The notes below the pieces were generated by a model, which was not told the DNA's origin, ran no database searches, and was given only the letters and a program-made list of their open reading frames with translations. Source: Lama guanicoe (taxonomy: Eukaryota). From it: a stretch of 64,000 nucleotides of DNA. Positions 13,925-26,015 of this stretch are shown here, in pieces; the first letter of the stretch is position 1, and the number at the start of each line of letters is the position of its first letter. A program made the translations under genes and the position numbers. The stretch spans positions 8,517,084 to 8,581,083 of the forward strand of contig MU054212.1 in assembly GCA_013239625.1 (NCBI GenBank), written 5' to 3'.

Positions 13925-14140
13925 ATTAAAAAAAATCTTTATTTTTTACTGAAGGATAGTTGGTTTACAGTGTTAGTTTCATGTGTGTAGCAAGGTGATT
14001 CAAGTTACACATTTACACACACATATGTATGTATTTTCAGATTCTTTTCCATTACAGCGTATTGCAAGAAATTGAACCTAGTTCCCCTTACTGCATGTAA
14101 AACAGATGAACTACAAAGACCCCCTGTGCAGCACAGGGAC
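13925..14140 (-). mobile_element. Short artiodactyl-type L1 3' end with inverted 5' segment
   Basis: Antisense tail ~13925-14089 joined to a sense piece 14090-14140 ending gcagcacagggac. Confidence 0.75.
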
Positions 14141-14435
14141 TCATCACCTTCTGTGTCTCACTCTCACCGTGGCGGTTAGTTCTGTCTCCCAATTCTCCTG
14201 TAATGATAAGCAGGATTAACCTGGGGGAAAAGATTACATATGACTTAATACATTCAGTTAAATAATATTAGAAGCTTTTTTTCTGAGCCCCCTTTACCCA
14301 AATACAGGCCATTCCTGGCTTGAGATTCCTGCCCCAGTCGTCTGTGAGTCAGCGCTCAGCGTGTGCCTTCCCTTGGAAACATGAGTGTCTTGACTTGCTC
14401 ACCTGGGAGCTACCTGAAGCAGAGTACTAATGAGG

Positions 14436-14468
14436 TAGATAGATTAGACAGACAGACAGACAGACAGA
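14436..14468. repeat. (AGAT)/(AGAC)n microsatellite
   Basis: gtagatagattagacagacagacagacagacaga. Confidence 0.85.
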
Positions 14469-15569
14469 ATCTAGCCACCATTTAGAACAGTTTTGATAAA
14501 TACTGTCAAAATAATACTATTTGATATAGTACTATTATATCAATACTATCTGAAAATAGTGTTAGTTACTGTATTAATTATTTAATACTATTTTCAGGTA
14601 GTATTGTTTGGCATGCTAAGAACCTTCCCACAGGTTTCCTTCCCGTGGCCTAGGCAGCTGGTCTCTGGGACCTCACCTCCTCGCCCCCGCCTTGGAGGCA
14701 GGGGATCATAGAGAGGATGGCAGGCTGCGCGGCGGCCTTCTCATGGATCTTGGAGTGAGCGAACGTAGGGTGAGCAGGGAGTGGACTGTGGCGTGGACGT
14801 GAGGCTTAGGCACCGGTGGACGGACAGTGGGGTTACTGTAAGAGGACCGGGAGCCCACACCGTGAAAGGGAGCCCTGGGGATGGGGGGAGGGTGGGAGGT
14901 GCTGAGATGGGGTTTAATGAAGAAGGAGAGCGGCAGCTGCTTGTTTCTCCTCTTCTCCTGGGAGAGCGGAGCGGCAGGGGCTGCCGGGGCTCCTGTAGTG
15001 ACCTGTCCTTCCATTTCTCCTTTTCTCAACCCCTTTATTTTATTCACCTTGTCATCGTTTTTCAGTTCTGTTTTCCTTTTCTTCCGCCTGCCAACCGGCG
15101 GCCCTGGGATGGCACGCTCAGTAAGCAGGGATGTTGTGGCAGTTTCAGAAGCGGGCTCTTGTTGGCATCTTTCTCATTTCTTCCCCCGTCTCTCCTTTCC
15201 CTACTCCCATTGACAGGTAGTAACAGGCGAGACTGGAGAGAACACAAGGTCTGAGGGATTTACAGGAGCAAGAACAAAAAGTAGAAAGAGAGGCTGGAGC
15301 AACTGTTCTTTGGGGATCCCTGAGAGAGTAACATGCCCTCTTCAGGAGAGTTTAAGTCCTAAAACACACGCCTGAATGTCTGCTTACTGCCATCAGTGCT
15401 CTCTGGTGGTCCGTTTCTAATGGTTTCACCTAGCCAACAAGATTGAAAGAAGAGACTGTAGAATCAGTATGTTGATTTTGTGTGCAGATATTTCTGGTGT
15501 ATTTGGTGATTGAGTTTATAGACATAGTCTGTACTGAACAAGATGCACGTTGAAATCTCAGTGTGGTGG

Positions 15570-15722
15570 AGGCAGCACCAAGACTGGTGTTGTTAGGCCC
15601 TGGCACTCCCTCCCTGGGTCTGTCCTCAGCTTCTCATCTGTGAAATGTGGCTCCAAGTACCTCCGAATTTTTAGGGAGCTTAAGTGCCTAATACATGATA
15701 GATACTCAGTAAATGTTGGTTC
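15570..15722 (+). mobile_element. MIR SINE remnant
   Basis: cctcagcttctcatctgtgaaatg core; ends actcagtaaatgttggt. Confidence 0.65.
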
Positions 15723-16124
15723 ACTTCCTTGGTAGAAAATAATCCTTTGCTTAGATGATTAAAGCGTTAGACTCTGATTTTTTTGTCTAATTGGACTCTG
15801 GAGACATGTTCAGTTGGGGATTGATGATAGAGCCTTAGTACATTCTCCATTAAATGAATCAACAGAAAACACTCATCAGAAAGAGGTGCCTGATTCTAAG
15901 AACACAGTTAACATCCTTAAAATAATTTTAATCTAAACGTATATCTTTAAATAGGTACTATTTTATTAAACATGCAACATTAACTAAAACTTAAGTAAAT
16001 GAAAAGTTACCAAGGGTTGCACCGCCAGAGCAAATTGTCTTTATTGTTCTGTTGCCCCTTCTAGCCTGGGTTGCTTGATTATGCTCTCCTTACAGTTTTA
16101 CAAAGGCATTTGCTTTGTCTCTAG

Positions 16125-16291
16125 GTGTAAAACAAAGGTGTATCCAGATAACCTTCCTACAACAAGTGTGGTGATTGTTTTCCACAATGAGGCTTGGAGC
16201 ACACTTCTGCGAACGGTCCATAGTGTCATTAACCGCTCACCAAGACACATGCTAGAAGAGATTGTTCTAGTAGATGATGCCAGTGAAAGAG
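16125..16291 (+). CDS. GALNT1: GALNT1 coding exon 3 (GT-A catalytic domain)
   Basis: tctctag| acceptor; [55 protein letters not shown]; donor gtaaat; 167 nt. Confidence 0.97.
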
Positions 16292-18189
16292 GTAAATCTT
16301 ACATTTTAATGCCAAAAATATGCTACACCTTTTGTCGTGAATGGTTAAAAATCTACTTGCTATCATTTTTAACCCAATAATTTTATACAAACTTTTAATT
16401 TATCCTAAAAGTTATTTTACATTTGGACTCATTGACATGTGCAAAAAATTAACACCCTTGTGAAACTTAAAATATTACTTTAATTAGCATTTAGTTTATG
16501 TCACATCTTAATCTTGTTTTAAAAAGAAATAATTCTATAAAAATGTATGCAGAACAGTGGGGGGTGAAGCACATAATTTTGTCAGGATTTTCTCTGTGGG
16601 AAGCTGCAGCCCTGAGTCAGTGGAGAAAGATTAGCTCCTACTTAGAGCCGTGAATAGCAGTGTTAGTTCCACGTCCAGGGGAAAGTGTCTGACAGCGCAG
16701 TGGAGCCTTGGCTGGGTGAGCTGCGGGGTCCCCACGTTCTTCTCAGGTTTCCCCATTTTCTCCATTTCTAAGTCCGAGAATGGTCTGTAGCTAGGTGCAT
16801 AAAAGGATGAAGAAGGAACTTTTGAAAAAGTGGAGTCTAGCATGACTCTGACCTCATAAAGATCCTCTGCAGTGACTTTCCCAGATACTCTTCCAAGAAT
16901 CTCGGAATTTTTCACAGGCTTTTTTTTTTTTTTTTTCAACCACAGCACAGCTATTTAGGGTCATTTGTGTTGTGTTTCCCCCAGTATAACTATACTCACA
17001 TGAGAAAAATTCGGAGGGAACTACAGAAAATGGCTCTTCCTTCCTTAAGCAGCCTTAAACTTCGTGACCCATCATTTCAACCTTCTGGTTATTGTCTCCA
17101 GCTTTCTCATCTGATCTCTCATTGCATCTGCTAAGAAAGTTTAGCCAAGTATTATACCTTCTCCTTCCTGTGTCCACATTAAATATATACACTTAACCGT
17201 GATTAAAGTTAATCATTTCATATCTTAATTATTGGGAGTCATTTGCACATTAATAACAATTTAAATCTTAACTTTGCCGGGTTGTAGTGGTAGAAATGAG
17301 TAAGTTACAGCCCTACTGTCTCAAGCGCCTTGTAGCATACCTCCTTAATCTAATTAAGGAGATGGTTTATAATGACACAAAACATTTAATAATAGTATAA
17401 CATACATTGTAATTAATGTCAAAATGAACAAGAACTGTTATAAATTAAGAATACCACATTTTAATAATACTGTTGACAACAGCAGTATAAACCTCATGTG
17501 GATAATTGTTTGCTAGGAGTTAATTAATCCCTCTTTAAAAATAACTAACTGAAGTTAATTTAAGCAATGATATATACAAACATCTACCCTGCAAGTGACT
17601 TGTGTTTGGTTTACTTACATGTTGATACTTGTTAAATTAAATATTCCTCAAGGAGAAATACTTTGCTTCAGATGAAATGTTTCTCCATTTCCCCCTTTGT
17701 TTTCTCCGTTATTTTGTTGAGTGCCTGAGAAGGCTATGTGAAATAGTTCATTTTTGTAGGATGTGGCCCAGTCAGAAAGACATGTGTGTGCTCAGCCTGA
17801 AGTGACGAAGAAAGTCACGCATCCCAGTTTATCTTTCTCCTTCCTCGTGCCGGCCCTCCCGAGTCCCCCAGCCTGCAGACGGCTGTAAGAGGAAGTGTGT
17901 GGTTAGGTGTCTGCCTCGCTACTCCCCAGGGGGCTCTCAGTCACTGGGCAGGGTCCCTGCCTGTCCCCCCAGAGCCCTGACCAGGGATCTGGCTCTCCCT
18001 TGTTTTCCTGCCTGGAGAGCCTTAGGTGCCTGGGTCACCACTGCTGATACTTGGGAACCACTGGGCATTGCGTTGTTGTGTTTATAACTGCAGTCTTGCT
18101 ATCCAGATTGAGAATCATCCAATGTAGCTTTCTGTTTAGGTGGGGACTCTTGGGCCCAGGAACCAGAGCAAGCTCCTTAAGTCTGCTCT

Positions 18190-18737
18190 TTCCTGTCACG
18201 CGGCACGTCCAAGGCCCCATTCATTGTTTCTCACCTGGACTGATGGAAGGCTGCCTTGTCTCCCCACAGACACTCTCGCCCCCTCCCATCTGCTCACGCT
18301 GCACGCACAGTGAGCTTTTAAACATGCTGATCTGATCATGTCACTTCTGATTAAAACCTTTCCTCTGAGGCCGGCGTGACCAGCCTCTGCCCACATCTCC
18401 AGTCGCATCCGGAACCACTCCTTGCCTACCCCGTCCCCACAGTTCAGCTCAGCTGTACCCTCTGAATCAAGTTATATTCAAAGGGGCCTTCCTTGACCTC
18501 CCAAGACCAGGGCATTGCCTCTGAACACATCTCAGAACGCTCTGTACCCTCCCCAGCTCTCCCCGGAGACTTACCTGTTCACTTGTTTGTTTCATGACTG
18601 TCTCCCCTCACCCCGCCCCTCCAAGCAGACACTGCGGACTTCACCAGGACCGTTTGCTCACCATTAGCTCCTAAATGCCCACAGTGCCCATTACATAGCA
18701 GCAGATAGTCCAGAATTTATTCACTGAATGAGTGAAA
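18190..18737 (+). mobile_element. LINE-2 3' end
   Basis: ctgatcatgtcacttctgattaaaacctt...gccttccttgacc...ttcactgaatgagtgaa tail. Confidence 0.65.
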
Positions 18738-19554
18738 AGTTAATGTACCAGTCACTTAATCCTTGTTTCTATTCCTTGTCTACACAAACTCCCTAACTAG
18801 GTTGTGTAGCAGGCAGCCTGCTCATGGCCTCGGGTGCTGGATTTCACAGTTAACTTGCTGAGTTGTCAGTAGCTCCATTTATTAAGTATGAAGTAGGTGC
18901 TATAATTATCCCTGTTTTATTGATGGAGCAAAATAAGGCTTAACATGGACCTCGGGCCTGACCTCTTGGCTGCAGTGTACTTCATGTCTGTTGTGACTTC
19001 ACTGTTACAGCGTCTGTAATGAAGACGGAATCTGGATGAATCCCTAGTTTATGTCAGAAGTTACATAATCATCATCTCAGAAGAGTATCTTACTACTTAG
19101 AATTGATACAGTATTCTCAGTCTGAGATGACTATTATTTTTCTCATTTTATGCAACAGGAAACAAGTTCTCATTTAAGGAGGGATTAGGAGTCCGATTTA
19201 TTACACTCTAAATTCCTTGCTCTTTCTACTGCTCTTTAGAGCTCTGGCTATTCTGGCTAACATTTCTCAGATGTTGCTGGGAGCAGTGAAATTTCCCTGA
19301 CGTTCAGTCTCTGACAGCCTCACACTTTGTGATGGAGAGATGCCTAGGGACCCGCTTACAGACTGAGAGCTGCAAAGACAGTCTAAGAAACAAGATTCCC
19401 CCTTATTTTTAGATGACATAGTAGCTTCTGCCCATAGTCACTTAAACTGCCATGGCTTCATTTTTGTAAAATGAGGTTTGAATAAATAGATCCTAACCTC
19501 CCACCCAGTGCTGAGTCCATAATTCTGTATCAGCTGTTAGGAAGACTCCTGTTT

Positions 19555-19862
19555 TGTTTTTCTTTTCCTTTTTCTTTTTTATTGAAGCTGCAGTTGACTT
19601 ACAGTGTTGTGTTATTTTCTGGTACATAGCATAGTGATTCAGTTATGCATATTTATTACAGATGTATCTTCTTCATATTCTTTTTCATTATACGTTATTA
19701 CAAGCTACTGAATATAATTCCCTGTGCGAAACAGTAGGACCTTGTTGTTTATTTGTTTTATATATAGTAGTTTGTATCTGCTAATCCCAAACTCCTTTTA
19801 TCCCTCACCCCCCACCCCGACCCTTTCCCCTTTGGTAACTGTAAATTTGTTTTCTGTGTCTG
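19555..19862 (-). mobile_element. 5'-truncated artiodactyl-type L1 3' end with TSD
   Basis: T-rich tail; ttattgaag...gaatataattccctgtgc...tttggtaactgtaaatttgttttc; flanked by GGAAGACTCCTGTTT (19540-19554) and GGAAGACAGCTGTTT (19863-19877). Confidence 0.85.
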
Positions 19863-20284
19863 GGAAGACAGCTGTTTCTTACATTTATTGCATGAAAGCC
19901 ACAAAGCTGTCAAAGAAAGATGCCAAGAAAATTTGTGGATTAGCAACTTTCTTGAGCTACCAGACCAGAGAATCATGCATCTTTCATTTTAGTTACAGAC
20001 AGGACAGAGTATTATGATTTTCAAAGATACAGGATTCAGGAATTCTGATTCTTAAGAAGCACTTTAAACTGTCTGATATTTCGGGAAAATTTATTGGGAG
20101 ACACAGTGTTTATGACACAGCCAAAATTGACTGGCCTCAGGTATTAGAATGTATCTCATACCTGACCAGATGAGAGTCTGTCATACTCTGGACACAAAGG
20201 AATTTAAGTCTCTGTCAGGCCAGGTGATTCCGCAGTCCTGGATCGTCTTCTCAGTAGCTCTTCTCAGGTTTCTTGCTGTGGATG

Positions 20285-20510
20285 AAAAGATGAGCTTTGA
20301 AGTCAGACCTGGGCTTGGATCTTGGATCTACCCCCGTTAATAGGCTGTGTCATCTTGATCAGTTCATTGAATATTCTGAGCCTTATATTTTCGTGTCTAA
20401 AATGTGTGTGATAACAATCTCTTAGGGTTGTTATGAGGATTAAATGAAAAAAAAGTGTAAAGAATTTGGCGTTGTGCTAAACAGACCCAAAATAGTGAAA
20501 TGTTGCTGTT
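20285..20510 (+). mobile_element. MIR SINE
   Basis: ctttgaagtcagacctggg...tctgagcct...agggttgttatgaggattaaatga. Confidence 0.75.
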
Positions 20511-21815
20511 TTCTGAGATCCGCACGGCCCTCGCCTTTTTACTCAGAATTGAGTTGTATCTTTCTGACCCTAAGATTTGGTTCATAAAATCTATGCGGTC
20601 AGGTAGGAGTTCTCCACATATTTTTCAGATACCCCTTCTAGCCCAGCTACATCAGGAAGTACATTAGCAGACATGGAAATAACCGTGGTTCTGGTGTGGT
20701 GGGACACAGGCCTTTTTCTTTCACAGTTTTCATGGCCCTGATTCTTCCATTATTGAACCAGTCTGGTCTTACCAGTTCAAGTGAGCAAGAACCATTTCAC
20801 GCCTGTTTGTCTTTCCCTCTCCACTCTATATAGGAAGCCCTGTGGATTCCCACATTTAGTGTTTAATACTCAGACCCTGATCTCCATTATTCGGGTCCTG
20901 TGGTACAGAGCTGGTCATAGGAGTCCCCTTAGCTCCATGTCAAGTTTTTCCTCCTCTAGAGAGATTGTCTTTACACTGTTGAATGGGAGCTGTTTGGAAA
21001 GACATCTGACCGTACCACCATCAATAGCTTCTGTGGCATAAATACCACAAACTAACATGGTCTGAAAAATTCCTTCTCTTTGAGTAAACGGAACCTTTTC
21101 TGGTTTTTGAAGTCAGTTGTGTACTTTGGAGGCAGGAAATCCTCAGCTCAGGGGCACAGCACCTGTTGGAATCCTCCAGGACAGTGGCTTTCGTGATGAA
21201 CTCATCCTCCCTTTCTCTTTTCCTCTTCACCTGTCCTTTCCTCTTAAAGCCCTTTTTACCTAGACCTGTCTGCTAGGGATCTCTGTTTGGCCTTACGGCT
21301 GCAGTCCAGCACTCCCTTCTGACTTGGTAAAAGAGCTATGCAGTCAAAGTCTGTGATCATCTGTGAGACAGTTCGTTTCTGCCTTTAAAGAAATCCCACA
21401 ATTTTCTAAACTCTAACACCTATTGTGTCTTCTGTTCCTTCTCTCTATTGTGTTCTGGATTTAATTCTCTCAGACTGCTCTTTCTGTTCCTGATCATTAA
21501 GCACGATTAGCAAAAAGAACTGTGCCTGACAGAGAGTCGCTTAGAGAAGTGTGTTATCTTTGATTCAGCCTGAGCCCAAAGGTTCTCTCCTGATTCCTCA
21601 TGTAATGAGGTAGAGGCAGTTCTGGTACATTCTCTCAGGAAGTACAAAGGCTTCCTGAGTGAAAAGGGTTTGTGAGTCAGGGAGCCTCACGGAAAGTGCT
21701 CAGTAAATATGTGTGGAATGAATATTGCAAATCAAAATTCTTTTACATCTGGATAATGCCAGGTCCCAGTTTTTTCATGTTATTTTTTATTGGTTTTGTT
21801 TTATTAATCTTTCAG

Positions 21816-22023
21816 ACTTTTTGAAAAGACCTCTAGAGAGTTATGTGAAAAAATTAAAAGTACCAGTTCATGTAATTCGAATGGAGCAGCGTTCTGGATT
21901 GATCCGAGCTAGATTAAAAGGAGCTGCCGTGTCTAAGGGCCAAGTGATCACCTTTCTGGACGCGCACTGTGAGTGCACGGTGGGCTGGCTGGAGCCTCTC
22001 CTAGCCAGGATCAAACATGACAG
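21816..22023 (+). CDS. GALNT1: GALNT1 coding exon 4 (DxH Mn2+-binding motif)
   Basis: ctttcag| acceptor; [14 protein letters not shown]...[29 protein letters not shown] codons at 21959-21967; donor gtaatt; 208 nt. Confidence 0.97.
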
Positions 22024-22999
22024 GTAATTTTCTGGCGTCTGTAAGTTGTTTCCATTGCGTTTGTCCTAACCCATGGTAAGTTGCAAAATTCTGATCTCTA
22101 AATAAATACAAAGATAATTTCCCCTGAAGTTCTTTTTAAAAATACCTGTGAGGAGCACTCTAGACTAAACATGAAGAAGGCCAAGTTCTGGAGTCTAGAA
22201 GGAACGTCTGCAGGCAGTCTTGTTAATGAGGGTGGGTTAAGAGAGGAGGTGTTAGGACGCACACTGTACATTCTGTTCATTAAATGGGAGCAGAACACAA
22301 GGACAGTGAACTCAGGGAAGGGAGGATAAACCCTCGTCCCTGCTCTCTCGAGCTAACGCTGGGGCGGGCAGGGCAGCCCTTCTCTGTCTGCATCCTTACT
22401 GGGACTGCAGCTCTCAGCCCGGAGCACGAAGGAGCAGAAGGGGGCGGGGAGACACACGCTGCCTGCGGAAGTGTTTGGCTGCGTGAGGAGAAGCGCTGTG
22501 ATCTCAGGTAACACAGGAGGAGCGTGCGGAGCAGGGCCATCCTCTCATGATGCACGGCTTCTGAAGGATGACCTGCTGCTGGGCCCTGGCTTAGCTCTTA
22601 GGTATCAGGAGGGAGCCGGACCTCAGTCTGCTAGACCCGTGCTAATTGAATTTCTGCTTCTCATTGCAGTGTGACCCAGAGGCTGTGGCTACTTAACATT
22701 AAGGTTTAGATTTCAGCAGCATAAACTTTTACTAGTCAAGTGGAGCAGAGTGGGACCTAAAGCCACTGCATCTGTTCTGTTTGTAAGCAAATGCTGGACC
22801 TACATCTCTCCCCTTTCAAAGAAGAATAAATAGAAAAAGCCAGCTTCGGGGCAGTGAGATCTTTAGAAAGGAGCACATTGCCTGCAGAAGGAATAGGGTA
22901 TCTCTGTGCGTTGTTCTCTGTGTGTAACAGATGACTGATTTCGGAAGTATTTGCTTTCTTAAAGACATCTTGTAACCTTTATGAAGCAGGAGCCTGGAC

Positions 23000-25020
23000 C
23001 CACAGAGAGAAAGCAGTGTGAGGTGATGACAGAAATACGAAGGGAAATTGGCTGAAATAACAGCCATGACAACTTCCAGTTGGGCTGAATGGTAGATTAG
23101 GTGTCCTGAATAATTTTTCCAACTGAGAAAGCTAAATGCTGGATAAATAGAAGACACATTTTTAAATGCATCACTGAGTTGGCACCAAAGTAAGAAAGTT
23201 TGCAGACCTCAGCATGAGGTGCAGAGAAGTAAGCAGCGCAGACACTAACGCCAGCTTTCACTTGTGGGGCTCCTGCTGAGCTTGGGGAGCATGGCTTCTG
23301 CCTTGAAAGAAAAACGGATGGGAGGGTGGAGGCGAGGCCTGGGCCCTGCCTACGGTGGGAAGGCAGGTAGCAAACACCTGTATAAAGCGAGGCTCTCGGT
23401 GTCTGTACCTCCCTGTTAGTGAGAATGAGAAATGAATCCTACCACGCCAGAGAAAACTGGTACGGAGTGGAAGAGGGCGAACAGATTTCTGTCGAGAATT
23501 TGTAAGCAGAATGTAGAGAAAGGGGGAGCCCACTCCGCTCTTTTTATGAGACTAGTGTAACCTTGATACGCAATCAAAAAAGAGGTGCATGGAAAATTAC
23601 AGACCCGCTCATGAATGCTAATACGGAAACCTCACACCACCAGCAAACTGGGTCCAACTGGGAGCGGGGGGAGCAATATATATATATATATATATATATC
23701 ATATCATGTCATATCCTATATCAGTACATAAACAACATGTCATTACTAGTTGGTGTAATATTATGAAACCAGTTCACATAATATACCCCATTAACGTGTT
23801 TCTGAAACTGTGCTTAAAACCCTATCATTAAAACTCTGACCACTTTAATAGATACAGAAAAAAGTGTTCATTTATGATTAAAGTGAACATCAATTTATGA
23901 TTAAAAATACTTAGTAAACTATTACAGAATGGAAATTTACTAATCTAAAAAAAGGATAGTTAAACCACCCCCCCCAAAACCACACACCTTACCTAGCAAA
24001 CATCGTATTAATGGAGAAATGTTGAAAGTAATTTTTGAAAGATATGGCACAAGAGAAGGAGGCCCTGAATTATTACTGTTACTCAGTATTATTGGAAGTC
24101 TTCAACTCTGCAGTAATACAAGAAACAAGGTGTATAAGAATTGTAAAGGAAAATACAAGTGCTGTCAGTTGCAAATGATGTGTTTTTTATGAAGAAAAGT
24201 AATCTATACACAACATAGTAGAAAACAGTAAGAATTCAGCAATATTGACAAACGTAAGATCACCATAGAAAAGTCAATTGCCTTCTCCATAAGAGTTAGG
24301 AATAGGTAGAAAATATGTGAAAAGAAGAAAAGAAATGAAACCATTTATAATAGCAATGGAAATCATAGGCAGTAATTAGGAATATGTTTAACAAATGATG
24401 CATGAAATAGAAAACTGTTGAAATTCACTGGAAAGTAATCTGAGCAGAGAGAAGGGTAATGTTCATGGATAGAAAAGTCAATAGAAAAATGTCATTTCCC
24501 CCCACATTGATCTAAAAATTCAGTGCATTTCTAATTGAAATCTCAACAGAATTTTCTTGGAGAAACTGGCTGATTCTCACCTTTACATGGAAATGCATGT
24601 TTTTAAGAATAGCTAAAATACCCCTGAAAAAAAGGAGCCAGGTCCAGTGGGGCTGCCCTCCTAGAGTCAGACTTACTTCAAAGCTGTTTTAATTGTGGCA
24701 GTGATGTGCTGATGCAGGAATTCACAAATAGACGAGTAAAACAGAGCCGCCCATGTTTATGGGAAAACTTGACTTATGACAGAGCAGGCACTTACAATTA
24801 CAGCAGCAGAAGGGACCGTTAGATAAATAATGCCGGAATAATTGGTCCTCCTTAAGAAAAGTAAATGAAGTTGGATACTTACTGCGTGTCACACCCAAAA
24901 TCAGTTCCATGAGGGTTAAAGACAAATATGAAAGGCAAAAATATAATTCTTTTTAAAGATAATATATGGGAGAATATCTTTATGATTAGGGAATAGAGAA
25001 AGGTTTCTTAAATAAGACAC
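23000..25020 (+). mobile_element. Old L1 remnants (5' piece plus ORF2)
   Basis: tttatgagactagtgtaaccttgatac; tgttcatggatagaaaagtcaata; aaaggtttcttaaataagacac. Confidence 0.7.
23677..23699. repeat. (TA)n microsatellite
   Basis: Perfect TA run. Confidence 0.9.
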
Positions 25021-25417
25021 CAATTGGATGGGGAGGATATCACATACTCTAAAATGTGGCTCCTGGGGCCTCTGAGCAGGGTACCTTTCCTTAGAATGGG
25101 CTGTGGTTATGTGTGAATTTTTTCAAGTGTGTGAAAATCACAAATACCAAGAGAAAATTTCAGTGTGTATGATCAGGCAATTTGTATGAAGAAATACAAA
25201 CTTCAGCGAAAATACTCTTTTTAATAATAATACAAATTTTTAAAATCCTGAGATAACTGCTTAATAAAATTACAAGAAAACAGTGTCTGAAGCTGATAGC
25301 ACTGTGAGGACGTTGCACGTACATGTGATACTTGGGAATTGGTGATGCATAGTGCCACGGAAGGTTCTTGACTTGGCTGATCTTACTCCTGGAAGCTTCT
25401 TCTTAAGGCAAAAGTGA

Positions 25418-25422
<5 letters not shown>

Positions 25423-25453
<31 letters not shown>
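25423..25453. repeat. (TA)n microsatellite
   Basis: About 15 TA units. Confidence 0.9.
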
Positions 25454-25456
<3 letters not shown>

Positions 25457-25844
25457 CATCATCACTTAGTATCTTAACAGCAGAAATCTCTAAGGAACAT
25501 ACATGTCCAAGAGCCATTTTTTAGGAGAAGTGTGAGCTTAAAATTATTAAATATATAGTCATTTTTGAAAACTAGAAAAAGTTGAAGGATTTTTACACGT
25601 GGCCAGTATGTCAGAGTATGAATGGAAGAGGTGTGGAAGGTTATCAGCAAATAAATATGATGAGTAATTATGTTGCTACCTTGGCAGGATATAGCAGAGA
25701 GGTTTTTTCACCATTGTCTTAACATTAACATAGAATGTATTTTTATTTTAAAAACACTCACTAGACAATTGTTACATAGTTGTTATGACAGGCCTCAGAA
25801 TGAACATTTTAAAAGGTTTTTTTAATTCGCTTTCATGAGTTTAG

Positions 25845-26015
25845 GAGGACAGTGGTCTGTCCTATCATCGACGTGATCAGCGACGATACTTTTGAGTACA
25901 TGGCCGGCTCTGACATGACCTACGGCGGGTTCAACTGGAAGCTCAATTTCCGCTGGTATCCTGTTCCCCAGAGAGAGATGGACAGAAGGAAAGGTGATCG
26001 GACTCTTCCTGTCAG
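25845..26015 (+). CDS. GALNT1: GALNT1 coding exon 5
   Basis: tttag| acceptor; [57 protein letters not shown]; donor gtagtt; 171 nt. Not in the ORF track, read manually. Confidence 0.96.

Noticed and set aside
14781..15254. 157-aa ORF in GC-rich intronic patch
   Set aside because: GTG start, no recognisable protein, no retrogene hallmarks.
16081..16124. Alternative acceptor ccttacag 29 nt upstream of coding exon 3
   Set aside because: Would frameshift; there is no evidence of use, and the downstream AG restores the known protein.
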